64,000 nt of DNA from contig NZ_DASYHT010000003.1 of the NCBI RefSeq assembly GCF_035998205.1, positions 110,921 to 174,920 on the forward strand, given 5' to 3'. Positions within the stretch are counted from its first letter, which is position 1. Each line of letters starts with the position of its first letter. A program made the translations under genes and the position numbers. This DNA comes from Brevundimonas sp. (GTDB lineage Bacteria > Pseudomonadota > Alphaproteobacteria > Caulobacterales > Caulobacteraceae). Shown piece after piece: positions 26,864 to 37,164 of the stretch. Below the pieces are notes generated by a model. The model made no database searches. It had not been told where the DNA came from and worked only from the letters and a program-made list of their open reading frames with translations.

Positions 26864-27906
26864 CGGGGCGGCGGCGCCGAGGACCCGCGCACCGCCAGTC
26901 CAAACGGCACGACCACCGACGTCGGCAGATCCTTGACGCCGCTTTTGGCGCGGATCAGCAGATCGGCGGCGGCGCGGGTCATGTCCGCGATCGGCTGGAC
27001 CACGGCGGTCAGGGGGGGATGGCTGAAGCGCACCACCGGTGTGTCGTCAAAGCTGACCACCGACAGGTCCCTTGGCGTCTGCAGGCCGCGGCGAGCTGCG
27101 ACCGCAACCGCCGCCAGCGCCATCTGGTCATTGCTGGCCACGATGCCGGTCGGCGGGTCCGGCAGATCGAGCATCTGCGTCACGGCGCGTTCGCCCGACG
27201 CAAAGGTGAAGTCCCCGTCCCCCTCAAGCGCCGGATCCACAGGAAGACCGCGCTCGCGATGCGCCCGGCGCCAGCCTTCCAGACGGCTCGCGGACACGGC
27301 GTACTCGTCACTCCCTGTGATGAAGCCGATCCGGCGGTGTCCGAGGTCGAGCAGGTGTTCGGTGGCCACCTGCGCGGCCAGCGCCTCGTCCATGGAGATA
27401 GCGTAGCCGTCGCCAACCGCGTCGGAACACATGCGGGCGAACGGCAGGCCCAGCCGCACCAGCAACTCGGTGATCTGCGGATTGTCGGAGTGGGGCGGCG
27501 TCAGGATCACGCCGTCGGGACGCAAGGCGGAAATGGCCGACTGCACCTCGCGTTCGACCTGGGCGGCGTGGGTGTCGATCAGCTCGAAGATCATGTGATA
27601 GCCGGACTCGGCGCACCGCAGCATGCCGCCCATCAGCATCTGATCGACCCAGTCGCTGCCCTGCCCCGAGGTCCAGGCCTCGATCGTCCGGTCCCGATCG
27701 TTCAGCGCCATCAGCAGGAAGGACCGGGAGCCCCCCATGCCACGCGCCGCCACGCTGGGCACATAGCCCAGCTTGGCCACGGCGGCGCGCACACGCTCGG
27801 CGACCGCCGGCCGGACGTTCGGTCCGTTGTTGATGACCCGGGAGACGGTCTGCAGCGAGACGCCCGCCTCGGCGGCGACATGCTTGATGGTGACGGCGCG
27901 ACGCAA
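26860..27906 (-). CDS. LacI family transcriptional regulator
   Basis: 348 aa. N-terminal HTH VTIKHVAAEAGVSLQTVSRVINN plus a periplasmic-binding-protein-like sugar-binding core. Confidence 0.95.
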   Translation of the reverse strand: MRRAVTIKHVAAEAGVSLQTVSRVINNGPNVRPAVAERVRAAVAKLGYVPSVAARGMGGSRSFLLMALNDRDRTIEAWTSGQGSDWVDQMLMGGMLRCAESGYHMIFELIDTHAAQVEREVQSAISALRPDGVILTPPHSDNPQITELLVRLGLPFARMCSDAVGDGYAISMDEALAAQVATEHLLDLGHRRIGFITGSDEYAVSASRLEGWRRAHRERGLPVDPALEGDGDFTFASGERAVTQMLDLPDPPTGIVASNDQMALAAVAVAARRGLQTPRDLSVVSFDDTPVVRFSHPPLTAVVQPIADMTRAAADLLIRAKSGVKDLPTSVVVPFGLAVRGSSAPPPR

Positions 27907-27977
27907 TGCAGATGGGCCCCTCTTCGGCCGACCATTGTGTCAGGCCGGGGGCGCGCCAGGCAAGCCGATCCGCCGGA

Positions 27978-29507
27978 TCAGGCGGCGCGGGCCGGCGGTT
28001 CCGGCGGCGGCGCGGCGCAATGGCGGGCGATGAACTCCCCATGCCCGCCCAGCCCGCCAATGAAGGTCTCCAGCGTCTGGCGGGCGCGGTCGAACTCCGG
28101 TCCCACCCGCTCGAACGGCAGACGGTCCACGAGCGGATTCCAGGAGCGCGGCACAATCCCCATGCCGTCCAGAACGGACTGCCAGTTCACATCCCGGAAC
28201 AGGGCGTCGAGCCCCTCCACCAGCGCGCCATTGACCTTGAACAGGTCGATCTTGCGCTGCAGCTCGGGCGGCAGCTCCATGGTCCGCACATAGCGCCAGA
28301 AGGCGGTGTCCTCCCGCCGGGTGGTGCAGTAGTGCAGGATGATGAAGTCGCGGATCTCCTCGTAATCCGCCCGCATGCGCCGGTTGTACTCTGCCGCCAG
28401 CGCCGGGTCGCAGTCGGCGTCCGGCAGGTAGCGGAAGAAGAAGTCCATGCCGCGGTAGATCAGATGAATCGCGGTCGACTCCAGCGGCTCGATGAAGCCC
28501 GAGGCCAGACCGATCGCCAGCACATTGCGATGCCAGATCTGCTCGCGCATGCCGGTGCGGAACGGCACCACCATGGGCGGCGCGACGGGGGCCCCCTCGA
28601 CTTGCCGAAGCAGCACCGCCGTCGCCTCGTCGTCCGAGAGGTGGGCGCTGGAGAAGACATAGCCATTGCCGGCCCGGTGCTGCAGCGGGATGCGCCAGCG
28701 CCAGCCGAAGTCCTGGGCCTGGGCGAGGGTGTAGGGCGGCGGCGGGCCGACATTCTGCGTCTGCACGGCGATGGCCCGGTCGCACGGCAGCCAGTGCGAC
28801 CAGTCCTCGTAGCCGACGCCCAGGGTCTTGCCGATCAGCAGCGCCCGGAAGCCGGAGCAGTCGATGAAGAAGTCGGCGCTGACCTCGCGGCCGTCGCGCA
28901 GGCGCAAACGATCGACGAAGCCGTCCGCCCGGGTCTGCACCTCGTCGACGATCCCCTCGGTGCGGGTCACCCCACGCGTTTCGGCGAAGGCGCGCAGGAA
29001 TGCGGCGACGCGCTTCGCATCCACATGCAGGGCGTAGCTGGCCGTGGCCACCGGCGTGCCCGGCATCTTGTGCGGCAGGGTGAACCGCCCTTCCCGCGCC
29101 ATCACGCTGGCCGGGGCGAAGTCCTGGAACGGGTGCGGATAGCCGTGGGCGCGGGCCTTCAGCCAGGCCTGGTAGAAGTCCGTCAGCCCGACCGGGGCCC
29201 CGACCTCGCCGAACGGATGGAAGTAGCGCTCGCCCTTCTCCGACCAGTTCTGGAACTCGATGCCGAGCTTGAAGCTGGCCTGGGTCTCGCGGACGAAGTC
29301 CTGCTCGTTGATCCCCAGCTTGGCCAGCAGCTGCAGGAAGGGCGGCACGGTCGATTCGCCCACGCCGATCGTGCCGATGTCGTCGGACTCGACCAGCTCG
29401 ATCTCGAACAGCTTGCCGCGGAAATGCTCGGCCATGACCGCCGCGGCGACCCAGCCGGCAGTGCCCCCGCCGACGATGCAGACTTTCTTGAGAGGGCGGC
29501 GTTCCAT
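27978..29507 (-). CDS. Tryptophan halogenase family (flavin-dependent halogenase-like) protein
   Basis: 509 aa. IVGGGTAGW (GxGxxG), GVGESTVP, FKLGIEF (Lys at the catalytic position) and WRWRIP (WxWxIP motif). Confidence 0.85.
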   Translation of the reverse strand: MERRPLKKVCIVGGGTAGWVAAAVMAEHFRGKLFEIELVESDDIGTIGVGESTVPPFLQLLAKLGINEQDFVRETQASFKLGIEFQNWSEKGERYFHPFGEVGAPVGLTDFYQAWLKARAHGYPHPFQDFAPASVMAREGRFTLPHKMPGTPVATASYALHVDAKRVAAFLRAFAETRGVTRTEGIVDEVQTRADGFVDRLRLRDGREVSADFFIDCSGFRALLIGKTLGVGYEDWSHWLPCDRAIAVQTQNVGPPPPYTLAQAQDFGWRWRIPLQHRAGNGYVFSSAHLSDDEATAVLLRQVEGAPVAPPMVVPFRTGMREQIWHRNVLAIGLASGFIEPLESTAIHLIYRGMDFFFRYLPDADCDPALAAEYNRRMRADYEEIRDFIILHYCTTRREDTAFWRYVRTMELPPELQRKIDLFKVNGALVEGLDALFRDVNWQSVLDGMGIVPRSWNPLVDRLPFERVGPEFDRARQTLETFIGGLGGHGEFIARHCAAPPPEPPARAA

Positions 29508-29509
29508 GG

Positions 29510-31027
29510 TCAGGCAGCGATCTCGCGGTCGAGGCGGCGGAGGAAGTCGGCGTGCGGGGGCGTGGCGGCGACGGCGCGCGCGACGGTCGCGCGCAGCGCT
29601 GTGAGGCTTTGCGACAGGCGGCTCGGGTCAACGGCGGCCACGGCGGGGTCGAGCATCCGCGGATAGCGGCCGAAGCCGTCGTAGATGGCCAGCCAGCTGG
29701 CGGGATGGAACATCTCCCAACGGTAGCGGACGAACTCGCCGCGGGCGTCCCAGACCGCCAGCTTGCGCACCAGGCTGTCCGGCGGCGTGACGGCGCGGGC
29801 GTCGCGCCAGAAGGGCGTGTCGCGGTCGCTGAGCAGATAGTGCAGCAGGATGAAGTCGCGGGTCCGCTCCATCTCCTCGGCGGTCTGCTCATTGAACTCG
29901 TCGCGCAGCGCCGGGTCGATGACGCGGCCCGGGAACAGCCCGAGAAGCCGCTCGATAGCCGTCTCGATCAGGGCGATGGAGGTCGATTCCAGCGGCTCGA
30001 GGAAGCCCGCCGAGAGCCCCACCGCCACGCAGTTGCCGACCCAGGCGCGACGCCGGCGACCGGGCCGGAAGCCGATCCGGCGCGGCTCCGCAAGCGGCGC
30101 GCCCGGCAGGGCCGCCATCAGCTCGTCGCGCGCGGCGGCGTCGTCCTGATGGGCGCTTGAGAAGACCAGGCCATTGCCGGCGCGATGGCGCAGGGGAATG
30201 CCCCACTGCCAGCCGGCGCTGCGGGCGGTGACGCGAGTGAAGGGCGGCGGCGCCTCGTCGGGCGCATTCTCCGTCGGCACGGCGAAGGCGGAGTCGCACA
30301 GGAGCCAGCGACCCCAGTCCTCATAGGGTTCGGCCAAGGCCTCGCCGAGAAGCAGGGCGCGGAAGCCGGAGCAGTCGATGAACAGGTCGCCCGCGATCTC
30401 TCGGCCATCGTCGAGCACCACGGCAGCGAGGTCGCCGGCCGGGTCGCGGCGCACGCCGTCGATGCGGGCGTCAATGCGCTGGCACCCGCCCCGCTCCGCA
30501 TGAGCGCGCAGGAAGGCGGCGAAGCGGCTGGCGTCAAGATGCAGGGCCCAGTCGAACACTGACAGGCTGGAGGGCGGGTTCGGTGACGGCAAGGTGAAGC
30601 GGCCGGCCTCGGCCAGGCTGGCCCCGAGGCTGTAGGCGGCCAGCGGCGCCTCGGCGCCCCGGGCACGGTCCGCCAGCCAGTAGTGATGGAAGCCCACCCC
30701 GTCGAGGTCCTGCCCATAGAGGCCGAAGGGGTGAAGGAAGGCGCTGCCGGCGCCGGACCAGCCCTCGAAGCGGATGCCGAGCTTGCAGGTGGCCTCGGTG
30801 GCCCCCATCACCTCGGCGTCGGTCAGGCCGAGGCGGGCGTAGAAGCGGCGCAGCGTCGGAATGGTGGCTTCACCGACGCCGATCGTGCCGATGTCGGAGG
30901 ACTCGATCAGGGTGACGCTGACCCCGGTCGGGCCAAGACGGCGTGTCAGGGCGGCCGCGGTCATCCAGCCGGCGGTGCCGCCGCCGGCAATCACCACGCG
31001 CCCGATCCGCTCCGGCTCCGTCATCAC
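29510..31027 (-). CDS. Tryptophan halogenase family (flavin-dependent halogenase-like) protein, second tandem copy
   Basis: 505 aa. IAGGGTAGW, GVGEATIP, CKLGIRF and WQWGIP. Confidence 0.85.
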   Translation of the reverse strand: MMTEPERIGRVVIAGGGTAGWMTAAALTRRLGPTGVSVTLIESSDIGTIGVGEATIPTLRRFYARLGLTDAEVMGATEATCKLGIRFEGWSGAGSAFLHPFGLYGQDLDGVGFHHYWLADRARGAEAPLAAYSLGASLAEAGRFTLPSPNPPSSLSVFDWALHLDASRFAAFLRAHAERGGCQRIDARIDGVRRDPAGDLAAVVLDDGREIAGDLFIDCSGFRALLLGEALAEPYEDWGRWLLCDSAFAVPTENAPDEAPPPFTRVTARSAGWQWGIPLRHRAGNGLVFSSAHQDDAAARDELMAALPGAPLAEPRRIGFRPGRRRRAWVGNCVAVGLSAGFLEPLESTSIALIETAIERLLGLFPGRVIDPALRDEFNEQTAEEMERTRDFILLHYLLSDRDTPFWRDARAVTPPDSLVRKLAVWDARGEFVRYRWEMFHPASWLAIYDGFGRYPRMLDPAVAAVDPSRLSQSLTALRATVARAVAATPPHADFLRRLDREIAA

Positions 31028-31053
31028 CCCACTCTGCCCTGTTCCGTCCTTCT

Positions 31054-31089
31054 GAAAAAGTCGGCCGGCGGAGACTTGCCCCGCCGGCC
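31054..31089 (-). terminator. Rho-independent terminator after the TonB-dependent receptor gene
   Basis: Stem GGCCGGCGG / CCGCCGGCC (31063-31071 / 31081-31089) followed on the minus strand by CTTTTTC. Confidence 0.7.
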
Positions 31090-31108
31090 AGTTGCTCAGG
31101 AAGAGGTC

Positions 31109-34100
31109 TCAGAACCGGGCGCGGATGCCCAGCGAGTAGCGGGGCTCGAACTGGTTGCGCGAGTGGAACTGCTCCGCCCCCGGCTCGAACTCCAGATAGT
31201 ATTCCTCGATCTCGCCAAGGACGTTCGAGCCGTTGAAGTAGACGGCGATGTCCTCGTTCACGTCGTAGGTGACGTTCACGTCGAGGTACTGCGCGGTGTC
31301 CTGATATATCGGGATCGCCCCGAACGTTCCGGACAGGCGCGGCGTGCGATAGTTGTAGGCGGCGCGCACCTGCAGCCGCTCGTCCTGGTACCAGACGGCC
31401 GCATTGTACGAGTACTTCGAGTTGTCGGGGAACGGCAGGTCCTCGCCCGAGATGCTCTGGGCATTCTGCGAGCTGTCCGAGTAGGTGAAACTGCCGTCGA
31501 AACCGAAGTTCGACCACACGCCGGCGTCGGGCAGGATGTCGCTCAGCGCCAGCTTGGCCCCGATCTCGACGCCCTGCAGCTCGCCGCCGTCACCCTGCAC
31601 CGGACGGTTCACCGGCACGGTCCGGCGGATCACGCCGTCCTGGTCGGGGAAGCGGCCGTCCAGCACCGTGGCGCGCGTGACGAAGCTGTCGATGTTGAGC
31701 CGGAACAGGGCGATGTTGAACAGCGTCCCGCGACCCAGATAGTACTCGAGGCTGAGGTCGTAGTTGTCCGACCGCCAAGGATCGAGGTCCGGGTTGCCGT
31801 TGGCCGAGGCCCCGGTCACCTGGCGCACCCCGACCGGCGGCGCCGTCGGATTGTCGGGCGTCGGGCCGACCGAGTCCGCCGTCTGGATGGTGACGCCGCC
31901 GCCATAGTTGCCGAGATCCAGCGGGATCATGGTCTTGGCGTAACCGAAGCGCAGCCGCAGCCGGTCGCTGAAGTCATAGGCCAGGTTCACCGACGGCAGG
32001 TAGTCGTAGTAGGCGCGGGTGGCGAAGGTGTCGCCCACGTCCTGGTTGGTGTCGCCGTAGTTGCGGGTCTCCCCGGTCAGGTTCTGGCGCACGTCCAGCT
32101 CGGTGCGGACAACCTTGACGCCGACGTCGCCGCTCAGCGCGCCGAAGCCGATGTTGGAGTTCAGGTAGAAGCTGCTCTCCTGCAGGCCGACGCCGTAGGT
32201 GTTGCCCGGGATGATGACCCGGTAGGCGCTGCCGAACACGCGCTCGTGGAAGGCCACCACATCGTCGAAGTCGCGCGGATCGACGACCCAGACCCCCGGC
32301 AGCCCCTGGGTGATGGAGCCGTAGTTGTCGAGGAAGAAGACGTTGTTGTGGGTGTTCAGCTTGGTCGGACGGTTGACCGTATAGCCCTGGAAGCAGGTCG
32401 GGGTGTTCGGAGCGTTGCCGTCGCCGCAGTTGCCGGGCGTCGTGCCGAGAGCCAGCGCCGGATTGTAGGCCGGGTTGGAGACGAACTCGCCGGCGCGGCA
32501 CTGGTTCTGGTTCATCACCACGTCGATGGCCTTCCACTGCACCGAGCAGCCGTTGGCGTCGGACGCCCCGTTGCCGCCGTAGAAGTCCGAGAACAGGTGG
32601 AAGTTCTCGATCTCCACTTCACGGTTCGAGTAGCGGCCGCCGACGTCGATGCGGTTGATGAAGCCCAGCAGCGGCGTGTCGAACTCATAGGCGCCGTCGA
32701 GACGGGCCACGTCGAGGGTCGACTCGTTGGCCTGGTTGCCTTCGGACGAGAAGGCCGCGACCGCATAGCTGTCGAGGTTCGACATGTAGTCGGTCAGGGT
32801 GCGGCCGGCGCCGAGTCCGCCGCCGATCTGCTGGTCGAAGCGGCTCCAGACCGTCTTCGAGCCGCCGATGTTCAGGCCGACCAGCGGGTCACCGGCATAG
32901 CCCAGCGGGTTCGGATTGATGTAGCGCCCGCCGTTCGAGCCGACCACGCTGTTGGAGAACTGGCCCGGATACTGGGCCGCGATGCTGGCCGGATAGAAGG
33001 GCCCGCGGGTGCGGTCATTGGCGTCGCGGAACAGGGTGAACTGACGGTCCGGCGAGTACTGCCAGTTGGACAGGTCGCCCTGAACCTGGCCGTTCATGCT
33101 GAGCAGCGAGGCGTCGGCATGGATGGCGCGGAAGCTGAAGCTGAACGGCCCGCCCTTGTCGTAGTCCAGCTCCAGATTGAAGTTGGTCGACTCGTTCTCG
33201 GTGGCCCGGTTGACGGTGAAGGAGTTCATCCACCAGACGTCGAGGTCGTACTCGGTGACGTCATACCAGGGCTGGCCGTTGCTGCCGTTCACCCCGGTCG
33301 GGGTGAAGGCGGTCGGCGTGGTCCAGTTCAGCGCGCTCCAGCGGTTCGAAATGTTGAGACCAGCGGCCCGGTTGTACTCTTCCTGCTTCGTGTAGAAGAC
33401 CTCGGCCGTCAGGGTCAGGCCGTCCTCGATGTCCCACTGGAAAGCGCCGTTCAGGCCGATGCGCTGGCGCTCCACCGTGCGGCTGAAGCTCTCGTAGCCG
33501 TGCGGCGCGATCCAGTTCGGGCCCGCCCCGCCCCAGTCATTGTTGCCGAACACCCCGCCGCCGACGCCGGAATAGTTGTTTCCGAGGTTGGACTCGCTGA
33601 TCACCCCGGCGGCCATCACGCCGAAGCGGTCGCCACGCCAGTTGACCAGGCCGTTGAACAGATAGTCGTCCTGCCGCGTGCGCTCGCCGGTGGCGTACTC
33701 CGCGGTGGTGGCGATGGTCGTCCCGGGGCTGAAGTCGAACGGCCGGCGTGTGCGCAGGTCGATGGTGCCCGAGATGCCCGACAGGGCGTTGCGCGGATCC
33801 ATCGACTTGAACACGACCAGCGAGCTCATCAGCTGCGACGGCACGTCGTTCAGGTTCGGCTGGGCCGAGCCGAGGTTGCCGGGGCTCAGGTACTGCTCGC
33901 CGTTCAGCAGGGTCACGACCTGCGGCAGGCTGCGGATGTTGACGGTCGCGCCCTCGCCGGCGTTGCGCTGGACCTGGATGCCGGCGATGCGCTGCAGCGC
34001 ATCGGCGACGGTCACGTCCGGCAGCTTGCCGATATCCTCGGCGGAGATGGCGTCGACGATCGCGACCGTGTCGCGCTTGATGTCGATCGACTGCTCCTGC

Positions 34101-34240
34101 GAGGCGCGGATGCCGGTGATGACGATTTCCTCGACCTCGGACACCGGGTCCTGAGCCAGGGCCGGCGCCGCGAGGACGACCGGGGCAAGGGCCGAGGTCG
34201 CCAGCAAGGCGCCCAGCCGCGTGATCTTCATGGGTCTCAT
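31109..34240 (-). CDS. TonB-dependent receptor (Caulobacter/Xanthomonas carbohydrate-uptake type)
   Basis: 1043 aa. Signal peptide, TonB-box-like VEEIVITGIRAS, plug motifs (DAISAEDIGKLPDVTVADALQRIAGI), a very long barrel and the terminal IRARF. Confidence 0.95.
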   Translation of the reverse strand: MRPMKITRLGALLATSALAPVVLAAPALAQDPVSEVEEIVITGIRASQEQSIDIKRDTVAIVDAISAEDIGKLPDVTVADALQRIAGIQVQRNAGEGATVNIRSLPQVVTLLNGEQYLSPGNLGSAQPNLNDVPSQLMSSLVVFKSMDPRNALSGISGTIDLRTRRPFDFSPGTTIATTAEYATGERTRQDDYLFNGLVNWRGDRFGVMAAGVISESNLGNNYSGVGGGVFGNNDWGGAGPNWIAPHGYESFSRTVERQRIGLNGAFQWDIEDGLTLTAEVFYTKQEEYNRAAGLNISNRWSALNWTTPTAFTPTGVNGSNGQPWYDVTEYDLDVWWMNSFTVNRATENESTNFNLELDYDKGGPFSFSFRAIHADASLLSMNGQVQGDLSNWQYSPDRQFTLFRDANDRTRGPFYPASIAAQYPGQFSNSVVGSNGGRYINPNPLGYAGDPLVGLNIGGSKTVWSRFDQQIGGGLGAGRTLTDYMSNLDSYAVAAFSSEGNQANESTLDVARLDGAYEFDTPLLGFINRIDVGGRYSNREVEIENFHLFSDFYGGNGASDANGCSVQWKAIDVVMNQNQCRAGEFVSNPAYNPALALGTTPGNCGDGNAPNTPTCFQGYTVNRPTKLNTHNNVFFLDNYGSITQGLPGVWVVDPRDFDDVVAFHERVFGSAYRVIIPGNTYGVGLQESSFYLNSNIGFGALSGDVGVKVVRTELDVRQNLTGETRNYGDTNQDVGDTFATRAYYDYLPSVNLAYDFSDRLRLRFGYAKTMIPLDLGNYGGGVTIQTADSVGPTPDNPTAPPVGVRQVTGASANGNPDLDPWRSDNYDLSLEYYLGRGTLFNIALFRLNIDSFVTRATVLDGRFPDQDGVIRRTVPVNRPVQGDGGELQGVEIGAKLALSDILPDAGVWSNFGFDGSFTYSDSSQNAQSISGEDLPFPDNSKYSYNAAVWYQDERLQVRAAYNYRTPRLSGTFGAIPIYQDTAQYLDVNVTYDVNEDIAVYFNGSNVLGEIEEYYLEFEPGAEQFHSRNQFEPRYSLGIRARF

Positions 34241-34442
34241 ATTGCTCTCCTCCCCTCCGCCGTGGCTCGGCGGTATCCCGAACGCGGAACGATCAGGATG
34301 GAGAGGTCGCGCCGGCGCGAAGACGCACCTGCGACGCCGCGAAAGATCGCGGTCGGCTCAAGCGACTCCCCTGAAGAGAAGGCGCTTCCCGGACTCCTAC
34401 CCTGAAGGTCTTTGCGCCTCCTGACATGGAGCAAAACACGAT

Positions 34443-34458
34443 TTGTGAGCGTTCACAA
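34443..34458. promoter_or_regulatory. LacI-family operator upstream of the TonB-dependent receptor gene
   Basis: TTGTGAGCGTTCACAA is a near-perfect 16-bp palindrome matching TGnnAnCGnTnnCA, about 200 bp upstream of the receptor start. Confidence 0.7.
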
Positions 34459-34513
34459 CCATGTTTTGGCCCCATTTGGCCCGCCGGGCGGCGCCCGGCG
34501 AACACGCTGTGTT

Positions 34514-37021
34514 TCAACTTCCCGGACAGTCCCGCGGCCCCGCGCCCGGATACAGCCGCACCTCGGACAGGGAGACGGTGACCGGCCCGTCCACGGCGAG
34601 GCTGAACGGCGTCTCGACAGCCTGCGACGGCTCTGCCGCAAAGCAGCTCAGACGCACCCGGTACTCGCGCCACACCCCGGCCTCGTCCGCGGTCAGGTCG
34701 GCGGTGACATCCACGCGCCCCTGGCCGTAGCCGAGGGTCAGCCGGCCCGCGGGCGCCGCATCGATCCGGTAGCGGAAGCCGAGCGCCATATCGCCGTTGA
34801 CCTCGCGCCGCAGGTCCACCGCCGGCCCCCAGATCGAGACCGTCGCCGGGCTGCGGAAGGTGAACTGGCGCGCGCTCTCCTGGGCGCGGTCGTCGACCGG
34901 CGCCACCGCCACGCCGTTGCGCGGGCTGACGCCGCGCGAGACATCCTCGCCGAGCCGCTGCTGGCCGCCCTCGTCGGCGAGGATCAGCGACCACGGCGAC
35001 GGGATCCGGCCGCCCACGAGGTAGGCGTCGGCGCCCCCGGCGGCCGAGGTCACGCCGCTGTCCTCGCTCAGCGTCCCGACCGCGCCGGGCGCGGCGTAGC
35101 TCAGCCCGTAGCCATAGGCGAACAGCGGGTCATAGCCCGGGTCGCCGCGGTTCAGGGGAGCTCCGCTGGCGTCCTTCGGCCAGCTGAACGACAGGGTTCC
35201 GCGGAAGTCATGGCGCGGCGCGCCGCCGGCGGCGCCCACCAGCACATCGGCCACCCCTGCCCCCTCGGTGCCCGGCAGCCAGGCGGCGACGAAGGCGTTG
35301 GAGGCGTTGATCTCCGGGTTGGTCCACATCGGCCGCCCGGACAGGAACACCGACACCGTCGGGATCCCCGCCGCCTGAAGCCGGCGCAGGGTCTCCAGCG
35401 GCTCTTCCGGCACGAAGTCGACCGTGCGCAGGTCGCCGAGGAACTCGGCGTAGGGCTGCTCGCCGAAGACGACGATGGCGACGTCCGGGCGGGTCTCGAA
35501 GGTCCCGTCAGGGCTCAGAACAGCCTCCCCGCCCCCGGCGGCGACCGCCTCGGCGACGCCGGCCCAGATCGACTGGCCGTTGGGGAAGTCGGCGTTGGTG
35601 TTTCCGGTGCCCTGCCAGCTGAGCGTCCAGCCGCCGGAGGCCTGGCCGATGTCGTCGGCGGCCGCGCCGGCCACCAGCACCCGGGCCGAGCTGCGGATCG
35701 GCAGCACCCCGTCATTCTTCAGCAGCACCAGCGACTCGCGCACCGCCTGGCGGGCCAGGGCGCGGTGCTCCGGCGCGCCGAGCAGGTCCATCCGGCCCTC
35801 GTAGGGCCGCTCGGTGCGGAACACCCCGGCCTTGACCTTGGCCCGGAGAATGCGGCGCACCGCCTCGTCGAGCCGGGCCATGGAGATCTCGCCCGACCGC
35901 ACCTGGGCCAGGGTGTTCTCGTACAGGGGCCGCCAGCTGTCGGGGGCCATGAACATGTCGATGCCGGCGTTGAAGGCCAGGGCACAGCTCTCGTTGGTGC
36001 AGCCCGGCAACTGGCCGTGGGCGTTCCAGTCCGACACCACGAAGCCGTCGAAGCCCAGCGGCCCATGCAGCACGTCGCGCAGCAGGGTCGGGTTGCCCGA
36101 GTGCTTGACTCCGTTCCAGCTGGAGAAACTGGCCATGACCGACAGCACCCCGGCGTCGATCGACTGGACGTAGCCACCCAGATGAATGTCGATCAGTCCC
36201 TGCTCGTCGCCGACATAGTCGCCCTGGTCGCGGCCGCCCTCGGTGCCGCCGTCGGCCAGATAGTGTTTCGCCGAACCGGCGATGCGGCCCGGGGCGATGG
36301 CCCCCTCCGCCGGCAGTTCGCCCTGCAGCCCCAGGGTGATCGGCCCGGCGTACAGGCGCTGGATCTCCGGATCCTCGGAATAGCCCTCATAGGTCCGACC
36401 CCAGCGGTCGTCGCGCGGCACCGCCAGGGTCGGGCCGAAGGTCCAGTCGGCCCCCGTGGCGGCGACTTCCAGCGCCGTCACCTCGGCGATGCGGCGGATC
36501 AGCTCGGGATTGCGCGCCGCGCCCAGGCCGATGTTGTGCGGAAAGATGGTCGCGCCGACCACGTTATTGTGGCCGTGCACCGCGTCGATGCCGAAGATCA
36601 GCGGCACCTGCGCCCCGGGCCGGGCCGCCACGGCGGCGCGGAACTCGCGCGCCAGATGGACCCAGCCCATCGGATCGCCCCGCTCCTCGCCCCCGGGCCC
36701 GGAGTTGCCCCCGGCCAGAATGGAGCCGAGCGGATAGGTCAGCAGGTCCTGCGGCGTGATCGAGCCGATGTCCGCCTGGATGGTCTGGCCGACCTTCTCC
36801 TCGACCGTCATCCGGCTCATCAGTTCGGTGACGAAGGCTTCCGTGGCCGCATCGCTCATGGCGTCCGGCGAGCTGGCCTGCGGCCAGTTGGCCGGGTTGG
36901 CCCGGGCCGCCGCCGGCATCTCAGGCACGGCCTGGGCGGCAGCGACGGGGGCGACGGCGGCGGACGCCATGCCGAGGGCGGCCGCCAGGCTCAGGGCGAG
37001 GGTCGAGGTCGAAGCGCGCAT
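34514..37021 (-). CDS. Glycoside hydrolase family 3 (periplasmic beta-glucosidase-like)
   Basis: ATG 37021 gives the signal peptide MRASTSTLALSLAAALGMASAAVAPVAAAQA. GIDAVHGHNNV and the nucleophile motif GFVVSDW. 835 aa. Confidence 0.9.
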   Translation of the reverse strand: MRASTSTLALSLAAALGMASAAVAPVAAAQAVPEMPAAARANPANWPQASSPDAMSDAATEAFVTELMSRMTVEEKVGQTIQADIGSITPQDLLTYPLGSILAGGNSGPGGEERGDPMGWVHLAREFRAAVAARPGAQVPLIFGIDAVHGHNNVVGATIFPHNIGLGAARNPELIRRIAEVTALEVAATGADWTFGPTLAVPRDDRWGRTYEGYSEDPEIQRLYAGPITLGLQGELPAEGAIAPGRIAGSAKHYLADGGTEGGRDQGDYVGDEQGLIDIHLGGYVQSIDAGVLSVMASFSSWNGVKHSGNPTLLRDVLHGPLGFDGFVVSDWNAHGQLPGCTNESCALAFNAGIDMFMAPDSWRPLYENTLAQVRSGEISMARLDEAVRRILRAKVKAGVFRTERPYEGRMDLLGAPEHRALARQAVRESLVLLKNDGVLPIRSSARVLVAGAAADDIGQASGGWTLSWQGTGNTNADFPNGQSIWAGVAEAVAAGGGEAVLSPDGTFETRPDVAIVVFGEQPYAEFLGDLRTVDFVPEEPLETLRRLQAAGIPTVSVFLSGRPMWTNPEINASNAFVAAWLPGTEGAGVADVLVGAAGGAPRHDFRGTLSFSWPKDASGAPLNRGDPGYDPLFAYGYGLSYAAPGAVGTLSEDSGVTSAAGGADAYLVGGRIPSPWSLILADEGGQQRLGEDVSRGVSPRNGVAVAPVDDRAQESARQFTFRSPATVSIWGPAVDLRREVNGDMALGFRYRIDAAPAGRLTLGYGQGRVDVTADLTADEAGVWREYRVRLSCFAAEPSQAVETPFSLAVDGPVTVSLSEVRLYPGAGPRDCPGS

Positions 37022-37164
37022 GCAGGGTCTCCCCGGGGGTTCACCATGACGCGATCGCGCACGAGGAAGCGCCGCGGCCTGCGGGGCCGATAGCGGGCCG
37101 GGTCCCTTACGGGCCGGGGTTTCCTCCACGAGATCTGCGTCTCCTGAGCGCAGACAAGCATGTC

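Noticed and set aside
30683-34405. 1240-aa plus-strand ORF
   Set aside because: Antisense to the TonB-dependent receptor and part of the halogenase gene. Low-complexity V/A/G/R/D sequence; a mirror-frame artefact.
34412-37093. 893-aa plus-strand ORF
   Set aside because: Antisense to the GH3 gene, which has clear catalytic motifs. The composition is artefactual.
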